Assembly (NCBI GenBank): GCA_965216755.1 | Contig: CBDCGL010000011.1 | Coordinates: 3,744,001 to 3,808,000, forward strand | Length of the DNA: 64,000 nucleotides | Direction: 5' to 3' | Origin: Alphaproteobacteria bacterium | GTDB taxonomy: Bacteria; Pseudomonadota; Alphaproteobacteria; UBA7887 | In this document: piece by piece, positions 42,692 to 54,682 of the stretch | How the letters are laid out: each line of letters opens with the position of its first letter | Numbering within the stretch: position 1 is the stretch's first letter | The notes under the pieces: generated by a model | What the model saw: the letters and a program-made list of their open reading frames with translations, nothing else | Database searches by the model: none | What the model was told of the DNA's origin: nothing | Program-made: the position numbers and the translations under genes

Positions 42692-45600
42692 CTAAGTGTA
42701 GGATTGAAGACTTGCTACTTCAAGGTTGCCCCGTCGCAAAGCGGCGATGGCATTGACCGCGGCACGGCTGCCGGCGACCGTCGTATAGTACGGCACATTG
42801 CCCATCAACGCCGCCCGGCGCAGGCTGAAACTATCGGCAATCGCCTGGGCCCCTTCGGTCGTATTGAATATCAAATCCACTTGGCCATCCTTGATCGCGT
42901 CCACCAGATGCGGCCGACCTTCGCGCACCTTGTTTATCACATCAACCGGTAGCCCCGCGTTTTCAAGGAAATCACCGGTGCCGCGGGTCGCGATGATTCG
43001 GAAACCCATGTTGACCAGGCTGTGGCCCAACACGACCATCGCCGGTTTGTCGCGATCCCGCACCGAAATAAAAACGGTTCCCGACTGTGGCAGTTGCGTG
43101 CCACTGGCAATTTGTGATTTTGCGAAAGCCCGGGCGAAATCCTGGTCGAGCCCCATGACTTCGCCCGTCGACTTCATCTCCGGGCCCAAAAGCGTGTCGA
43201 CGCCTGGGAAACGCGCAAACGGAAACACCGCCTCTTTCACCGCGACATGTTCGATCGCCCGCTCGGTCAGCTCAAAGTCGGCCAAGCGCTCGCCAATCAT
43301 CAGTCGGGCGGCGATCTTGGCGATCGCTACGCCGGTCGCCTTGGCAACAAAGGGGACGGTTCGACTCGCCCGCGGATTGACTTCAATCACATAGACCGTT
43401 TCGACGCCGTCACCATCGGTCTTGACCGCAAACTGAATGTTCATTAGCCCGATGACGTTTAGTTTTTTCGCCAAAGCCACGGTCTGGCGGCGAATCTCGG
43501 CGATGACATCGTCAGATAATGAATGCGGTGGCAACGAGCACGCGGAATCGCCAGAATGGATGCCGGCCTCTTCGATATGTTCCATGATGCCGGCCACATA
43601 AACATCGGCGCCATCGGCGAGGGCATCGACATCGACCTCGATGGCGTCGGCCAGAAAGCCGTCGATCAGGACCGGGTTGTCACCGGAAACCGCGACCGCC
43701 GTCGCCACGTAGGAGGTTAGGGCGTCACGATCATGGACGATTTGCATGGCGCGACCGCCGAGCACATAGGACGGGCGCACCAACACCGGATAACCGATAT
43801 TCTCGGCGACCGCGATCGCTTCGTCGACCGACTGGCAAGTTCCATTTGGCGGTTGGCTCAGGTCGAGTTCGGCAAGCAGCTGTTGAAAGCGCTTGCGGTC
43901 TTCGGCCAGGTCGATGGCGTCGGGCGACGTGCCAATGATCGGGATGCCCGCGGCTTCCAGGCTGCGCGACAGTTTCAACGGCGTTTGGCCGCCGAACTGC
44001 ACGACCGCGCCCAGCAACGTTCCGGCGGCTTGTTCGCGACGGGCCAGTTCGATGACGTCTTCGGCGGTCAGCGGCTCAAAATAGAGCCGGTCTGAGGTGT
44101 CATAATCGGTCGACACCGTTTCAGGATTACAGTTGACCATAATGGCTTCGATGCCGGCTTCGCGCAGGCTATAGGCCGCGTGAACGCAGCAATAGTCGAA
44201 CTCGATGCCTTGGCCGATGCGATTTGGGCCGCCGCCCAAAATAATGACTTTGTCACAAGCATTTGGCTGCGCTTCGCACAGGGCGGCGCCGTTGAGCGGC
44301 GCTTCGTAGGTGGAATACATGTACGGTGTGCGAGCTTCGAATTCGGCGGCACATGTATCGACGCGCTTGAACATCGGCAACAGGCCATCGTCCCGACGGC
44401 GCGCCGCGACGTCGGCCTCGGACATGCCGGTCAGTTCGCCCAGGCGCGCATCAGAAAAGCCAAGTTGCTTGAGCGCCAGCAGCGCGTGCGCGGTGGTTGG
44501 CAAGCCATCTTCGCGCAGCCGCCGCTCGACGGCGACAATCTGTTCGATCTGCGCCAAAAACCAGGGATCGAATCGGCACGCATCGTGGATTTCGTCGATG
44601 CTCAAGCCGGCGCGAAACGCTTGCGCGACGACCAGAATACGATCCGGCGACGGTTGCGCCAGCGCCGCGCGAACCGCGTCGCGATCGGCCTCCGCGCCGG
44701 GGATTTCGACGTCGTTCAAGCCGGTCAAACCGGTTTCCATAGAGCGCAATGCCTTTTGCAGCGATTCGGCAAACGTTCGGCCCATGGACATGGCTTCGCC
44801 GACCGACTTCATCGACGTGGTCAAAAGTGGTTCTGTACCCGGGAACTTCTCGAAGGTGAATCGAGGCATCTTGGTGACGATATAGTCGATGGTCGGCTCG
44901 AACGACGCCGGCGTGACGCCGGTAATGTCGTTCTGAATTTCATCGAGCGTGTAGCCGATCGCCAGCTTGGCGGCGACCTTGGCGATGGGAAATCCCGTCG
45001 CTTTCGATGCCAGCGCGGACGAACGCGAAACCCGCGGGTTCATTTCGATAATGACCTGCCGGCCCGTCGCCGGGTCGACCGCAAATTGCACGTTTGAGCC
45101 ACCGGTCTCGACGCCAATTTCGCGCAGCACCGCGATAGATGCATTGCGCATGATCTGAAATTCTTTGTCGGTCAGGGTCAATGCTGGCGCCACGGTGATG
45201 CTATCACCGGTGTGCACGCCCATAGGTTCGACATTCTCGATCGAGCAGACAATGATGCAATTGTCGACACGATCGCGAATCACCTCCATCTCAAACTCTT
45301 TCCAACCCAGCACCGATTCTTCGATCAGCACTTCGTCGGCCGGTGAGGCATCCAGGCCGGCGGCTATGATCCGCTCATAGTCGTCGCGGTTGTAGGCGAT
45401 GCCGCCGCCGGTGCCGCCAAGCGTGAATGATGGCCGCATGATCGCTGGCAGACCGACCACATCGAGCAACTGTCGGGCTTCGTCCAAACTATGCGCGACG
45501 ACACTTTTCGGTGTTTCCAAACCAATATTGGCCATCGCCTTTTTGAACAGGTCGCGATCTTCGGCCTTGGCGATGGCATCACGACTGGCGCCGATCATCT

Positions 45601-45940
45601 TGACGCCGTGGGCGTCCAGAACACCCGTTTCGGCCAATGCAAAGGCTGTATTCAGGCCGGTTTGGCCGCCCATGGTCGGCAGCAGCGCATCCGGGCACTC
45701 CTTGGCGATGATCTTGGCGACGACCTCCGGCGTGATCGGCTCGACGTAAGTCACGTCGGCGAGCCCGGGATCGGTCATGATGGTCGCCGGATTTGAATTG
45801 ACCAAAATGACCCGATAGCCTTCGTCGCGTAAGGCCTTGCAAGCCTGTGTGCCTGAATAATCGAACTCACACGCTTGTCCAATGACGATCGGGCCGGCGC
45901 CGATGATCAGGATCGATTCGATGTCAGTCCGTTTGGGCAT
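42692..45940 (-). CDS. carB: Carbamoyl-phosphate synthase large subunit
   Basis: [17 protein letters not shown], two ATP-grasp domains, MGS domain. Confidence 0.99.
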   Translation of the reverse strand: MPKRTDIESILIIGAGPIVIGQACEFDYSGTQACKALRDEGYRVILVNSNPATIMTDPGLADVTYVEPITPEVVAKIIAKECPDALLPTMGGQTGLNTAFALAETGVLDAHGVKMIGASRDAIAKAEDRDLFKKAMANIGLETPKSVVAHSLDEARQLLDVVGLPAIMRPSFTLGGTGGGIAYNRDDYERIIAAGLDASPADEVLIEESVLGWKEFEMEVIRDRVDNCIIVCSIENVEPMGVHTGDSITVAPALTLTDKEFQIMRNASIAVLREIGVETGGSNVQFAVDPATGRQVIIEMNPRVSRSSALASKATGFPIAKVAAKLAIGYTLDEIQNDITGVTPASFEPTIDYIVTKMPRFTFEKFPGTEPLLTTSMKSVGEAMSMGRTFAESLQKALRSMETGLTGLNDVEIPGAEADRDAVRAALAQPSPDRILVVAQAFRAGLSIDEIHDACRFDPWFLAQIEQIVAVERRLREDGLPTTAHALLALKQLGFSDARLGELTGMSEADVAARRRDDGLLPMFKRVDTCAAEFEARTPYMYSTYEAPLNGAALCEAQPNACDKVIILGGGPNRIGQGIEFDYCCVHAAYSLREAGIEAIMVNCNPETVSTDYDTSDRLYFEPLTAEDVIELARREQAAGTLLGAVVQFGGQTPLKLSRSLEAAGIPIIGTSPDAIDLAEDRKRFQQLLAELDLSQPPNGTCQSVDEAIAVAENIGYPVLVRPSYVLGGRAMQIVHDRDALTSYVATAVAVSGDNPVLIDGFLADAIEVDVDALADGADVYVAGIMEHIEEAGIHSGDSACSLPPHSLSDDVIAEIRRQTVALAKKLNVIGLMNIQFAVKTDGDGVETVYVIEVNPRASRTVPFVAKATGVAIAKIAARLMIGERLADFELTERAIEHVAVKEAVFPFARFPGVDTLLGPEMKSTGEVMGLDQDFARAFAKSQIASGTQLPQSGTVFISVRDRDKPAMVVLGHSLVNMGFRIIATRGTGDFLENAGLPVDVINKVREGRPHLVDAIKDGQVDLIFNTTEGAQAIADSFSLRRAALMGNVPYYTTVAGSRAAVNAIAALRRGNLEVASLQSYT

Positions 45941-47126
45941 GGTCGTCGATCAAAGTCACAAAGCGGTCAAAAAGATAGTGGCTGTCCTGTGGGCCGGGCG
46001 ATGCTTCGGGGTGATACTGGACGCTGAAGATCGGCCTGTCGCCGACGCGCAAACCTTCAAGAGAGCCATCGAACAGCGAGATGTGGCTCGCCGAAATGCC
46101 CGCCGGCAAGCTGTCGCCAACGACCACAAAACCATGATTTTGGCTGGTGATTTCCACTTTGCCTGTGCTCAAGTCCTGCACCGGATGGTTGGCGCCGCGA
46201 TGTCCTTGGTGCATCTTTTCGGTCTGTGCACCAAGCGCGAGGGCCAGCATTTGATGGCCCAAGCATATGCCGAACAATGGTTTCCCACTGTCGATCAGGG
46301 TTCGAATGACGGGCACGGCATAGACGCCCGTCGCCGCCGGATCGCCCGGCCCGTTCGACAAGAAAATGCCGTCCGGATCGTGGCGCAGTACGTCATCGGC
46401 GCTGGCGGTTGCGGGCATCACCGTGACACGACAACCGGCGGCAGCCAGACAGCGTAGAATATTGCGCTTGGCGCCATAGTCGATGGCCACAACATGTCGC
46501 GTCGGTGCGCCGCCGCCGACATCAGGCGCCACGGCGCCGAAACCATCGCCCATGCGCCAGGTTGTCTCTCGCCACGCATAAGACTGCGTACAACTGACTG
46601 TCTTGGCCAGGTCCATGCCCTTTAAGCCCGGCCATTTCAGCGCCCGGTCGTGGAGCGCGTCGAGATCAAACGCACCCGCGGGATCGTGGGCGACGACACC
46701 GCTCGGTGCGCCCTCAACCCGGATTCTCGCGGTCAATCCACGCGTATCGAGGCCACTGATGCCTATTAGATCATGCGACTTGAGCCACTTGTCCAAATGC
46801 GCGGCGCTGCGATAGTTCGACGGATCCGTGATGTTGGCCCGCAGGATCAGGCCACGCGTTGCCGGTGTGGTCGATTCGATATCCTCGACATTTGTGCCGA
46901 CATTGCCGATATGCGGGAACGTGAATGTGATGATTTGCCCGGCATAGGACGGATCCGTGAGGATCTCTTGGTATCCGGTGATCGAGGTGTTGAAGCACAC
47001 TTCGCCGACGGCGATTCCATGGGCTCCCAGGCCGTGGCCCCATAGCACCGATCCGTCGGCGAGAACCAATACAGCAGTCGCGTCAAAACGCGCCTCCGAT
47101 TGGCGAAGCGAATCGGCGTTTTTCAT
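45924..47126 (-). CDS. carA: Carbamoyl-phosphate synthase small subunit
   Basis: [31 protein letters not shown]. Confidence 0.98.
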   Translation of the reverse strand: MKNADSLRQSEARFDATAVLVLADGSVLWGHGLGAHGIAVGEVCFNTSITGYQEILTDPSYAGQIITFTFPHIGNVGTNVEDIESTTPATRGLILRANITDPSNYRSAAHLDKWLKSHDLIGISGLDTRGLTARIRVEGAPSGVVAHDPAGAFDLDALHDRALKWPGLKGMDLAKTVSCTQSYAWRETTWRMGDGFGAVAPDVGGGAPTRHVVAIDYGAKRNILRCLAAAGCRVTVMPATASADDVLRHDPDGIFLSNGPGDPAATGVYAVPVIRTLIDSGKPLFGICLGHQMLALALGAQTEKMHQGHRGANHPVQDLSTGKVEITSQNHGFVVVGDSLPAGISASHISLFDGSLEGLRVGDRPIFSVQYHPEASPGPQDSHYLFDRFVTLIDDHAQTD

Positions 47127-47240
47127 ATGGTCGATCGATCTCTGGCGGGAAACGGCCCGCATCCCAGTGGGCTTAACGACAGCCGAACGGCGTCAACATA
47201 CGCTGACGGTACCCCCTAGTCAAGCATGCGGCCAGACCAA

Positions 47241-47339
47241 AATGATGTGCTTTTACAAAACCTTATCGCATTTGATGTGGATTGGCCGGAGTTTCCAATC
47301 GCCACGAATGCAAATGTGGTTTATGTAGCGCCGATCATT
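47241..47339. repeat. Long irregular inverted repeat (rod hairpin) in the carA/yqeY divergent spacer
   Basis: Nested pairings AATGAT/ATCATT, GTGC/GCGC, TACA/TGTA, AAACC/GGTTT, CATTTG/CAAATG, GTGG/CCAC, ATTGG/CCAAT. Confidence 0.5.
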
Positions 47340-47421
47340 GCTTCATTGGTGTGTCATCAGGGTGGTCGAATCGCGCCCGGATTGACGATATGCAATACCC
47401 TATGGACAGGGACGTAAGCTC

Positions 47422-47883
47422 ATGCGTGAACGCTTTGCGGACGATCTCAAGGCGGCCATGAAAGCCAAGGACGAATGCCGCGTTTCGACGTTGCGGCTGA
47501 TCCTGACAGCGCTCAAAGACCGCGACATCGCGGCCCGAACCGAGGGCCAGGGCGAGGAACCCAGCGACGCCGTTATCATGGACATGTTGGCAAAAATGGT
47601 TCGCCAGCGGCGCGATGCGATCAAGACTTACGAAGAAGCCGCGCGCCTCGAACTGGCCGAGCGTGAAGCTCGCGAAATCGAGATAATCGAATCCTACCTG
47701 CCCAAGCAGCTGGGCGGCGAAGAGATTGAGGAAGCCGTCCGTAACATGATTGCGGAAATCGGTGCCTCAAGCATCAAAGACATGGGGCGGACGATGGCGG
47801 CGCTGAAAAAAGTCTATGCCGGAACCATGGATTTTGGCCAAGCCAGCACAATCGCCAAGACCTTTTTGAGCAAACCACATTGA
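47422..47883 (+). CDS. GatB/YqeY domain-containing protein
   Basis: LKAAMKAKD, STLRLI, YLPKQL, DMGRTM. Confidence 0.93.
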   Translation: MRERFADDLKAAMKAKDECRVSTLRLILTALKDRDIAARTEGQGEEPSDAVIMDMLAKMVRQRRDAIKTYEEAARLELAEREAREIEIIESYLPKQLGGEEIEEAVRNMIAEIGASSIKDMGRTMAALKKVYAGTMDFGQASTIAKTFLSKPH

Positions 47884-47938
47884 AGCGCGGCGGGCCGGCC
47901 GCCAGGGTCTGGTTAGGTCACGCACCAGTGCGCGCGGT

Positions 47939-49738
47939 ATGAGCGTACCACCCGAATTTCTCGATGAAATTCGCGCGCGATTGGCGCTCAGCAGCATTGT
48001 CGGGCGTAAGGTGAAGCTCACCAAGCATGGCCGCGAACATAAAGGCCTGTGCCCGTTTCATAACGAAAAGACACCGTCGTTCACGGTCAGTGATGACAAG
48101 GCATTTTATCACTGCTTCGGGTGCGGCGCCCATGGCGACGTGATCGGTTTTGTCATGCAAACGGAAGGCATTCCGTTTCCCGAGGCAGTTGAGCAGCTGG
48201 CCAGCCAATGTGGATTGGCCATGCCGGTGCGCAGCGCCGAGGCCCGTGTCGCCAGCGCCCGACGAGCCGGAATTCTGGAAGCGCTGGAAGCGGCGGCCGG
48301 ATGGTATCAAAAACGATTGGCGGGGCGCGATGGCGCGGCCGCGTGCGGCTATTTGCGTGGCCGTGGTCTTGATGACGCCACCATCGACGCGTTTCGGCTC
48401 GGCTATGCGCCGGAACATCGCGATGCGCTAAAAATGCGTTTGACCCGGGCCGGTTTCGACGAATCGGTGTTGATCGAAGCTGGGCTGATTCGGCAGCCAG
48501 ACGATGGTCGGCCGACGCATGATTTCCTGCGCGGCCGAATCACGTTTCCGATCTGCGATGGGCGCGATCGCGTGATCGGGTTCGGCGGCCGAGCGCTCGG
48601 CGATGGACAGCCCAAATACCTGAACTCACCCGACACGCTGGCGTTTCACAAAGGGCGTGCCCTGTACAACTTGGCCCGCGCGCGCCGCGATGCGGCGAAG
48701 GCCGGCACAGTTATCGTGGCGGAAGGCTATATGGACGTGATCGCGTTATGTCGCGGCGGCTTTGAGCACGCCGTGGCACCGCTCGGCACGGCCGTGACCG
48801 AAGATCAATTGAGGCTGTTGTGGCGCATGGCGCCCGAACCGGTGCTGTGTCTGGATGGTGATGCCGCCGGGCGCCGGGCCGCGGCGCGGGCCGCAACACG
48901 GGCCCTGCCTTTGCTGGCGCCGGGGCAATCGTTGCGGGTCGCGTTTTTGCCGGCCGGCGAAGATCCCGACAGCTTGATTGCCGCCGGTGCGGCAAAATCT
49001 CTGGCCGCGCTTATCGACGCGGCACAGCCCTTGGCCGCCTTCCTTTGGGAACGGGCGTGTGCGGAAGTGCCGCTGGATACACCGGAAAGGCGGGCTGGCT
49101 TTCGTCAACGCCTCGATCAGATTGCCGGACGAATTGCCGACCGGGGTGTCCGCGATGCCTATCGGAACTATTTCGGCGAGCGGTTTGCCGCCGCCTTTCC
49201 TCAACCAGGTCTTCGGGCACGCGCGGCCGGCTCGGGCGTGCCGGGGCGTCCGTCGACCTGGACTCCAGCCGGGCATGGCCGCAGCTGGCCGGCGGACTCC
49301 GCTGGTGCCGGCTTGTTGCGGGGCCACACTTTGGGCCATGACAGCGTCGGTCAATGGTTGCATCTGGAACGCTATATAATTGAAAACGCTATAGAAAATC
49401 CCTCCGTTTTGGAACGAGGCGAGGATGCGTTCGCGGCGTTGTCGCTGCAGAATGCGGTCTATGAACAGCTGCGTATTTCAATTCTGGACATTTATGCAAC
49501 CGACCCCCACATCGATGGTGATGGCATGAAGCGGAGATTGGCGGCTGCTGGTCACGCGGATGCTGTATCAGCTTTGCGGCGGGCGCCCGCGGGCCCGGGA
49601 TTTTCGGTGCGGCGTGTGTGGCGGGAAGACGATGCGATTCGCGAGCGCGAGAGCTGGCTCGAGGCTGTGGAGCGCCACCAGCAGCAGGCGAAGGCGGTTG
49701 CCGCGGGGGCTGTCGTGAACGGCGCCTGGAAGCGTTAA
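47939..49738 (+). CDS. dnaG: DNA primase
   Basis: CPFH...CFGC zinc finger, KYLNSP, EGYMDV, DGDAAG, EDPD. Confidence 0.97.
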   Translation: MSVPPEFLDEIRARLALSSIVGRKVKLTKHGREHKGLCPFHNEKTPSFTVSDDKAFYHCFGCGAHGDVIGFVMQTEGIPFPEAVEQLASQCGLAMPVRSAEARVASARRAGILEALEAAAGWYQKRLAGRDGAAACGYLRGRGLDDATIDAFRLGYAPEHRDALKMRLTRAGFDESVLIEAGLIRQPDDGRPTHDFLRGRITFPICDGRDRVIGFGGRALGDGQPKYLNSPDTLAFHKGRALYNLARARRDAAKAGTVIVAEGYMDVIALCRGGFEHAVAPLGTAVTEDQLRLLWRMAPEPVLCLDGDAAGRRAAARAATRALPLLAPGQSLRVAFLPAGEDPDSLIAAGAAKSLAALIDAAQPLAAFLWERACAEVPLDTPERRAGFRQRLDQIAGRIADRGVRDAYRNYFGERFAAAFPQPGLRARAAGSGVPGRPSTWTPAGHGRSWPADSAGAGLLRGHTLGHDSVGQWLHLERYIIENAIENPSVLERGEDAFAALSLQNAVYEQLRISILDIYATDPHIDGDGMKRRLAAAGHADAVSALRRAPAGPGFSVRRVWREDDAIRERESWLEAVERHQQQAKAVAAGAVVNGAWKR

Positions 49739-49984
49739 GGTTAGGTGCGTGTGTGGCGATTTCGCACACGTGATGACGAAAAGAGCATGAAAAGGTTGCT
49801 CATTCCGGTTGCTTGCGGCATTCAAAGCGGTTGGGCGACGAATTGAAGGGCGTAGGGCCAAAAGCGCGCGGTGCGGATGGATGATGGCTTCCATCTGCGA
49901 CGAGCGCATATTGGATGGAAACGCGGCGCGAAAGGAAATGTTCGCGACGTTTGCGCGTGTCCGGGACGGGAGTATCGCAAACTG

Positions 49985-52063
49985 ATGGCAAAACAAGCGA
50001 CAGCGACGGAAGAGGTCGATTCGCGCGACGAATCCAACGAAACTTTGTTGATCGACTCCACCGTGGCGGCGGTTAAGCGCCTGATTCAAAAGGGTCGCGA
50101 ACGGGGATACATCACCTACGACGAACTCAATACGGTTTTGCCGTCCGAACAGGTGTCATCGGAACAGATCGAAGACACGATGGCGATGATTTCGGAACTT
50201 GGCATCAATTTGGTCGAGGCGGAAGAGAGCGACGACAACGCCAATACCGAAACCGAGCAGGAGACGACACCGGCCCCGCAGGACGACGTCGATCTGGGGC
50301 GCACCGATGACCCTGTGCGCATGTATTTGCGCGAAATGGGCAGCGTCGAGTTGCTTTCGCGCGAGGGCGAGATTGCCATCGCCAAGCGTATCGAGGCCGG
50401 TCGCGAAATGATGATCGGTGCGATTTGTGAAAGTCCGTTGACCTTGCGCGCAATCGTCGCATGGCGCGAGGCGATTGAAGACGGCCGCATGCTGTTGCGC
50501 GATGCGATTGATCTGGAAGCAACATTCGGCGGAACGCCGGAAGGCACGGCGCAGGTACAGGCACAAGCGCAGGCGCAGGCTCAGGCTTTGGCCGAGCCCA
50601 AGGCGGACGGGGCCGACGGCGCGGCCGACTCGGCGGGCAACACCACAGCCGTGTCCGGTGCCAATGGCGCGGAGCGGCCCGAGTCGGGATCGGAGGACGG
50701 CGATACGGATCTTGGTGCCAATGGCGCATTTGATGCGGACAATGAAGCCGACTCCGATGGGGACAGCGACGGCGATGGCGATGGCGAAGAAGTCAGTTTG
50801 TCAATGTCGGCCATGGAAGAGGCACTGAAGCCCTCGGTTTTGGATACCTTCGCCGCCATCACGGCGGCTTATCAGAAAATTCGTCGGATTCAGGATCAGC
50901 GATTGAAGGCCGCCGCCAATGGCGAGACTTTGAAGCCGGCCACAGAAAAGCGCTACGCCAAGTTGAAGACCGAAGTGCAGTCGCTGATGCGCAGCGTGCG
51001 TCTGCATAATGGCCGCGTTGAAGCCTTGATCGACGAGTTGTATGGACGCAACCGGCGACTGGTCGGGCGCGAGGGGCGGCTGTTGCGCATGGCGATGGGC
51101 TGCAAGGTTTCGCGTGAGGCGTTTCTGAGCAGCTATTACGGCTCAGAGCTTGAGGCGGAGTGGCTGAAGCGTATGCGCCGCCAACGTGATCCGGGTTGGA
51201 AGACGTTCGCGGAAAGGCATGCCGACGAAGTTCGTGAAATCCGCGAAGACATCGCCGCCACCGCGGCGGCGACCAATCTCGATATTGCCGAATTCCGGCG
51301 CATTGTTTCGACTGTACAGAAAGGCGAGCGCGAGGCGACGCAAGCCAAGCGCGAGATGATCGAGGCGAATTTGCGCCTGGTGATCTCGATCGCCAAGAAG
51401 TACACCAACCGTGGCTTGCAATTTCTTGATTTGATCCAGGAAGGCAATATCGGTCTGATGAAGGCGGTCGACAAGTTTGAGTACCGGCGTGGCTACAAGT
51501 TTTCGACCTATGCAACATGGTGGATTCGCCAAGCCATCACCCGGTCGATCGCCGACCAGGCACGGACGATCCGTATTCCCGTCCACATGATCGAGACCAT
51601 CAATAAACTGGTGCGTACGTCGCGCCAGATGCTGCATGAGATTGGCCGGGAACCCACCCCCGAAGAACTGGCTGAGAAGCTGTCAATGCCGCTGGAGAAA
51701 GTGCGCAAGGTTCTGAAGATCGCCAAGGAACCGATCAGCTTGGAAACGCCGATTGGTGACGAGGAAGACAGCCATCTGGGCGATTTCATCGAAGATAAGA
51801 ACGCCGTTCAACCGCTGGACGCGGCGATCCAAAGCAATTTGCGCGAGACGACAACGCGGGTGCTGGCCAGTTTGACACCACGCGAAGAGCGGGTGCTGCG
51901 CATGCGCTTCGGCATTGGCATGAATACCGACCATACGCTGGAGGAAGTCGGTCAGCAGTTTTCGGTGACCCGAGAACGCATTCGTCAGATTGAAGCCAAG
52001 GCGTTGCGCAAGCTCAAGCATCCGTCGCGATCGCGCAAACTGCGCAGTTTCCTCGACACTTAG
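49985..52063 (+). CDS. rpoD: RNA polymerase sigma factor RpoD
   Basis: Region 1.1, [40 protein letters not shown]. Confidence 0.99.
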   Translation: MAKQATATEEVDSRDESNETLLIDSTVAAVKRLIQKGRERGYITYDELNTVLPSEQVSSEQIEDTMAMISELGINLVEAEESDDNANTETEQETTPAPQDDVDLGRTDDPVRMYLREMGSVELLSREGEIAIAKRIEAGREMMIGAICESPLTLRAIVAWREAIEDGRMLLRDAIDLEATFGGTPEGTAQVQAQAQAQAQALAEPKADGADGAADSAGNTTAVSGANGAERPESGSEDGDTDLGANGAFDADNEADSDGDSDGDGDGEEVSLSMSAMEEALKPSVLDTFAAITAAYQKIRRIQDQRLKAAANGETLKPATEKRYAKLKTEVQSLMRSVRLHNGRVEALIDELYGRNRRLVGREGRLLRMAMGCKVSREAFLSSYYGSELEAEWLKRMRRQRDPGWKTFAERHADEVREIREDIAATAAATNLDIAEFRRIVSTVQKGEREATQAKREMIEANLRLVISIAKKYTNRGLQFLDLIQEGNIGLMKAVDKFEYRRGYKFSTYATWWIRQAITRSIADQARTIRIPVHMIETINKLVRTSRQMLHEIGREPTPEELAEKLSMPLEKVRKVLKIAKEPISLETPIGDEEDSHLGDFIEDKNAVQPLDAAIQSNLRETTTRVLASLTPREERVLRMRFGIGMNTDHTLEEVGQQFSVTRERIRQIEAKALRKLKHPSRSRKLRSFLDT

Positions 52064-52172
52064 AGCTCACGGCACGCGCTGCGCCAAGCGGCGAGGCCGA
52101 TCGCTGTCCGGTGCCCGGTCGCGATACCGCGCTTCACGACGGTCGGAACATCTGCTATCTGACCTCGAAACC

Positions 52173-52249
52173 GGGCCCGTAGTTCAGTTGGTCAGAACGC
52201 GCCGCTCATAACGGTGTTGTCGCAGGTTCGAGTCCTGCCGGGCCCACCA
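52173..52249 (+). tRNA. tRNA with CAT anticodon, most likely tRNA-Ile2 (lysidine-modified)
   Basis: GGGCCCG/CGGGCCC acceptor stem, CT-CAT-AA loop, GGTTCGAGTCC, encoded CCA. G1:C72 rules out the initiator; C4:G69 and C5:G68 are TilS determinants. Confidence 0.93.
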
Positions 52250-52262
52250 TCCAATCCCGCAA

Positions 52263-52375
52263 ATTACGGTGGTATTACGGTGACAGTTTACTAATTATGC
52301 CATATTTTGTATATCAGTCCCATGGTGCGCTAGATATGGTATATTTAGTAAACTGTCACCGTAATACACCGTAAT
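52263..52375. mobile_element. Short inverted-repeat element (MITE/REPIN-like) downstream of the tRNA
   Basis: Perfect 23-bp inverted repeat GTATTACGGTGACAGTTTACTAA (52272-94) / TTAGTAAACTGTCACCGTAATAC (52345-67), with reiterated outer ends ATTACGGT / ACCGTAAT. Confidence 0.7.
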
Positions 52376-52383
52376 ATCATGCC

Positions 52384-52866
52384 ATGATCCGGGCGTTGAC
52401 ATCGACCGACCGTAGCGCCGCGCTGCACGTCATCAACACCTCAGCGCGGTGGTATCGAGAGTTCCTCGACGACGGCGAAGTCCATGACCCGGAGATGACC
52501 GCGGCCGACTGGGATCGGGAATCTCAACGGATGACCTGGTACGGGGCGTTCGATGCGCAGTCGCTGGTCGGAGTCGCGGCGCTGGAGTACATCAAAGACG
52601 TTGCGCTGCTGCGACATGCGTACATTTTGCCTGCGTGGCAGCGCCAGGGTACCGGCAGCCTTCTGACACAGGCGCTGGAGGGGCAGGTCGCGTGCGGCGT
52701 GCGCATCGTGGTTGGCACCTATCGCGCCAACTACAAGGCACGCGGCGCACTTGCGAAACTCGGCTATCGCGAATGCGCGGACAGCGACGCGGTGTTGCGC
52801 GCCTATTACCGCATCCCGGAAGATCGGCTGCGCGCATCCGTGGCCTACGAGAAGCTGCGCCAGTAA
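52384..52866 (+). CDS. GNAT family N-acetyltransferase
   Basis: Motif A YILPAWQRQGTGSLL; typical size. Confidence 0.85.
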   Translation: MIRALTSTDRSAALHVINTSARWYREFLDDGEVHDPEMTAADWDRESQRMTWYGAFDAQSLVGVAALEYIKDVALLRHAYILPAWQRQGTGSLLTQALEGQVACGVRIVVGTYRANYKARGALAKLGYRECADSDAVLRAYYRIPEDRLRASVAYEKLRQ

Positions 52867-52987
52867 TCGCGCCGGCTTCGCCTAGGGTGTGTCAGGTATC
52901 CGCGCATGGGTAAAATCGTATGTGCCCGCGCGGCGGTTGCCCTCAGCTCGGCCGGAGACTGATATCGCGCGCAAACCCGATTCGCGT

Positions 52988-54682
52988 TCATGCGGCGTCG
53001 GCGAAGTCCCGTAACAATTGTCCCGGTGTGCCACAGTCGTCAAGGTTGTCACCCCGGCTGTCTACCGTCCGCACGCCATTCACCCAGACGCCATGCAACC
53101 CGACAGCCGGCGTATCGATGCGGTCAGCGCCGGTCGGCAAGTCATAGACCCGGCGTTTCTCGCCGCGTGCCACGGTGTTCGGATCGAACAACATCAGATC
53201 GGCCCAGGCGCCCGGCATCAAGCGGCCGCGGTCTTTGATGCGGTAGATATCTGCCGCGCGTGAGGTCAACGCCTGCACGGCGTATTCCACCGACATGTCA
53301 CCGCGGTCGCGCGCCCAATGCCCCAACAGGTGCAGGCCGAACCCGGCATCGCACAGAAACGAAAGATGAGCCCCAGCGTCGGACAAAGTTATCGCGGCGG
53401 CGGGGTTGCGCAGCAACTGTACGACCTGGTCCTCATCTACATTGAAAAGGCGGCAATCGAACATGGTCTTGAGGTCGTCGGCGAGACCGAAATCGAGAAA
53501 CCAATCCCATGGATCCTTGCCGGCCTCGCGCGCCAGAGGGCCGACCTTTTTGCCGACAAAGTCACGGTGGACCGGCTTATGCGCCGACATGATCGTCATA
53601 TGGTCCCAGTTGTGCGAAGAGAAGCGATTCGGCACACCCGTCGTCTTCATCTCGTCCTTAAGGTTCTGACGGAAAGAGCCATCGGCGAGAATCGCCCTAT
53701 AGGTTTCGGTCCCCTCCGCCTTTATCGCCGGACGCCAGCTCATCAGTGCCTCCAACGGATAGGGATGTTCCAAAGTGAATTCCATCCCGAGAGGGAAACA
53801 GCCGACCTGAGACCAAAGTTCGCGTCCGCGCGTGCGGGCGGCCTCAATTTGACCAATTTCGCGGAACACGCGGTCGGGATCACCCGGATCGACAAACATC
53901 GCCGCGATCATGACGGGACGGCCGTTCCTTTCGGCGATCTCTTCGAGCCAAGGCACGGTTGTTGTCATGCCTTTGGTGAGCATGAAAACGCCCTTTTCTG
54001 CCTCACCCAACGCGCCGGTCAGTTCCTGCATTTCATGTTCGTCGGCAAGGCGCGATGGCATGGGAATCCCCGCATCGCCATTGTGCTGCTCTAAGGTAGA
54101 CGTTGCGAAACCGCAGGCTCCCGATTCAAGCGCTTCCAACACGAGAGCCTTCATTTCCGCGACTTCCGTCGCGGTTGCGGCGCGGTTCGATGCGTCGTCG
54201 CCAAGCACCCACGTGCGAACCGACGAGTGGCCACAGAACGCGGCGACATTCGGCACCATCCCCCGGCGTTCCAGTGACCGCAAGTAATCCGGAAAGGTTA
54301 CGAAGTCCCAGTCGATCCCAGCCTGCATTGCTTCCAACGACATGCCTTCGACATGGGTCAGGTTCTTCAACGTCCTCTCGCGATGTTCCGGTTTGCAGGG
54401 CGCGATGGTGAAACCACAATTGCCGATGACCACGGTGGTCACGCCGAGCCTGTTCGACGGGGTCGCATAGGGATCCCAGGTAAGTTGGGCATCGAAATGG
54501 GTATGCAGATCGATGATACCGGGTGAGAGGCTTAGTCCGCCCGCGTCCACCACTTCGTGGCCGTCGCCAACCGCATGGCCGACGTCGGCGATACGCCCAC
54601 CCTTGACGGCGAGCGCGCCCTCGAAACCAGGATTTCCGAGGCCGTCGAGGATAATCGCGTTCTTGATGACCAGATCGTGCAT
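52988..54682 (-). CDS. N-acyl-D-amino-acid deacylase family amidohydrolase
   Basis: PGIIDLHTHFD, GVTTVVIGNCG, SDAGAH, ADLMLFDP. Confidence 0.9.
   Translation of the reverse strand: MHDLVIKNAIILDGLGNPGFEGALAVKGGRIADVGHAVGDGHEVVDAGGLSLSPGIIDLHTHFDAQLTWDPYATPSNRLGVTTVVIGNCGFTIAPCKPEHRERTLKNLTHVEGMSLEAMQAGIDWDFVTFPDYLRSLERRGMVPNVAAFCGHSSVRTWVLGDDASNRAATATEVAEMKALVLEALESGACGFATSTLEQHNGDAGIPMPSRLADEHEMQELTGALGEAEKGVFMLTKGMTTTVPWLEEIAERNGRPVMIAAMFVDPGDPDRVFREIGQIEAARTRGRELWSQVGCFPLGMEFTLEHPYPLEALMSWRPAIKAEGTETYRAILADGSFRQNLKDEMKTTGVPNRFSSHNWDHMTIMSAHKPVHRDFVGKKVGPLAREAGKDPWDWFLDFGLADDLKTMFDCRLFNVDEDQVVQLLRNPAAAITLSDAGAHLSFLCDAGFGLHLLGHWARDRGDMSVEYAVQALTSRAADIYRIKDRGRLMPGAWADLMLFDPNTVARGEKRRVYDLPTGADRIDTPAVGLHGVWVNGVRTVDSRGDNLDDCGTPGQLLRDFADAA

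Noticed and set aside
50545-50790. AQ and DG repeats in rpoD
   Set aside because: Ordinary low-complexity sequence in the non-conserved region of sigma-70.
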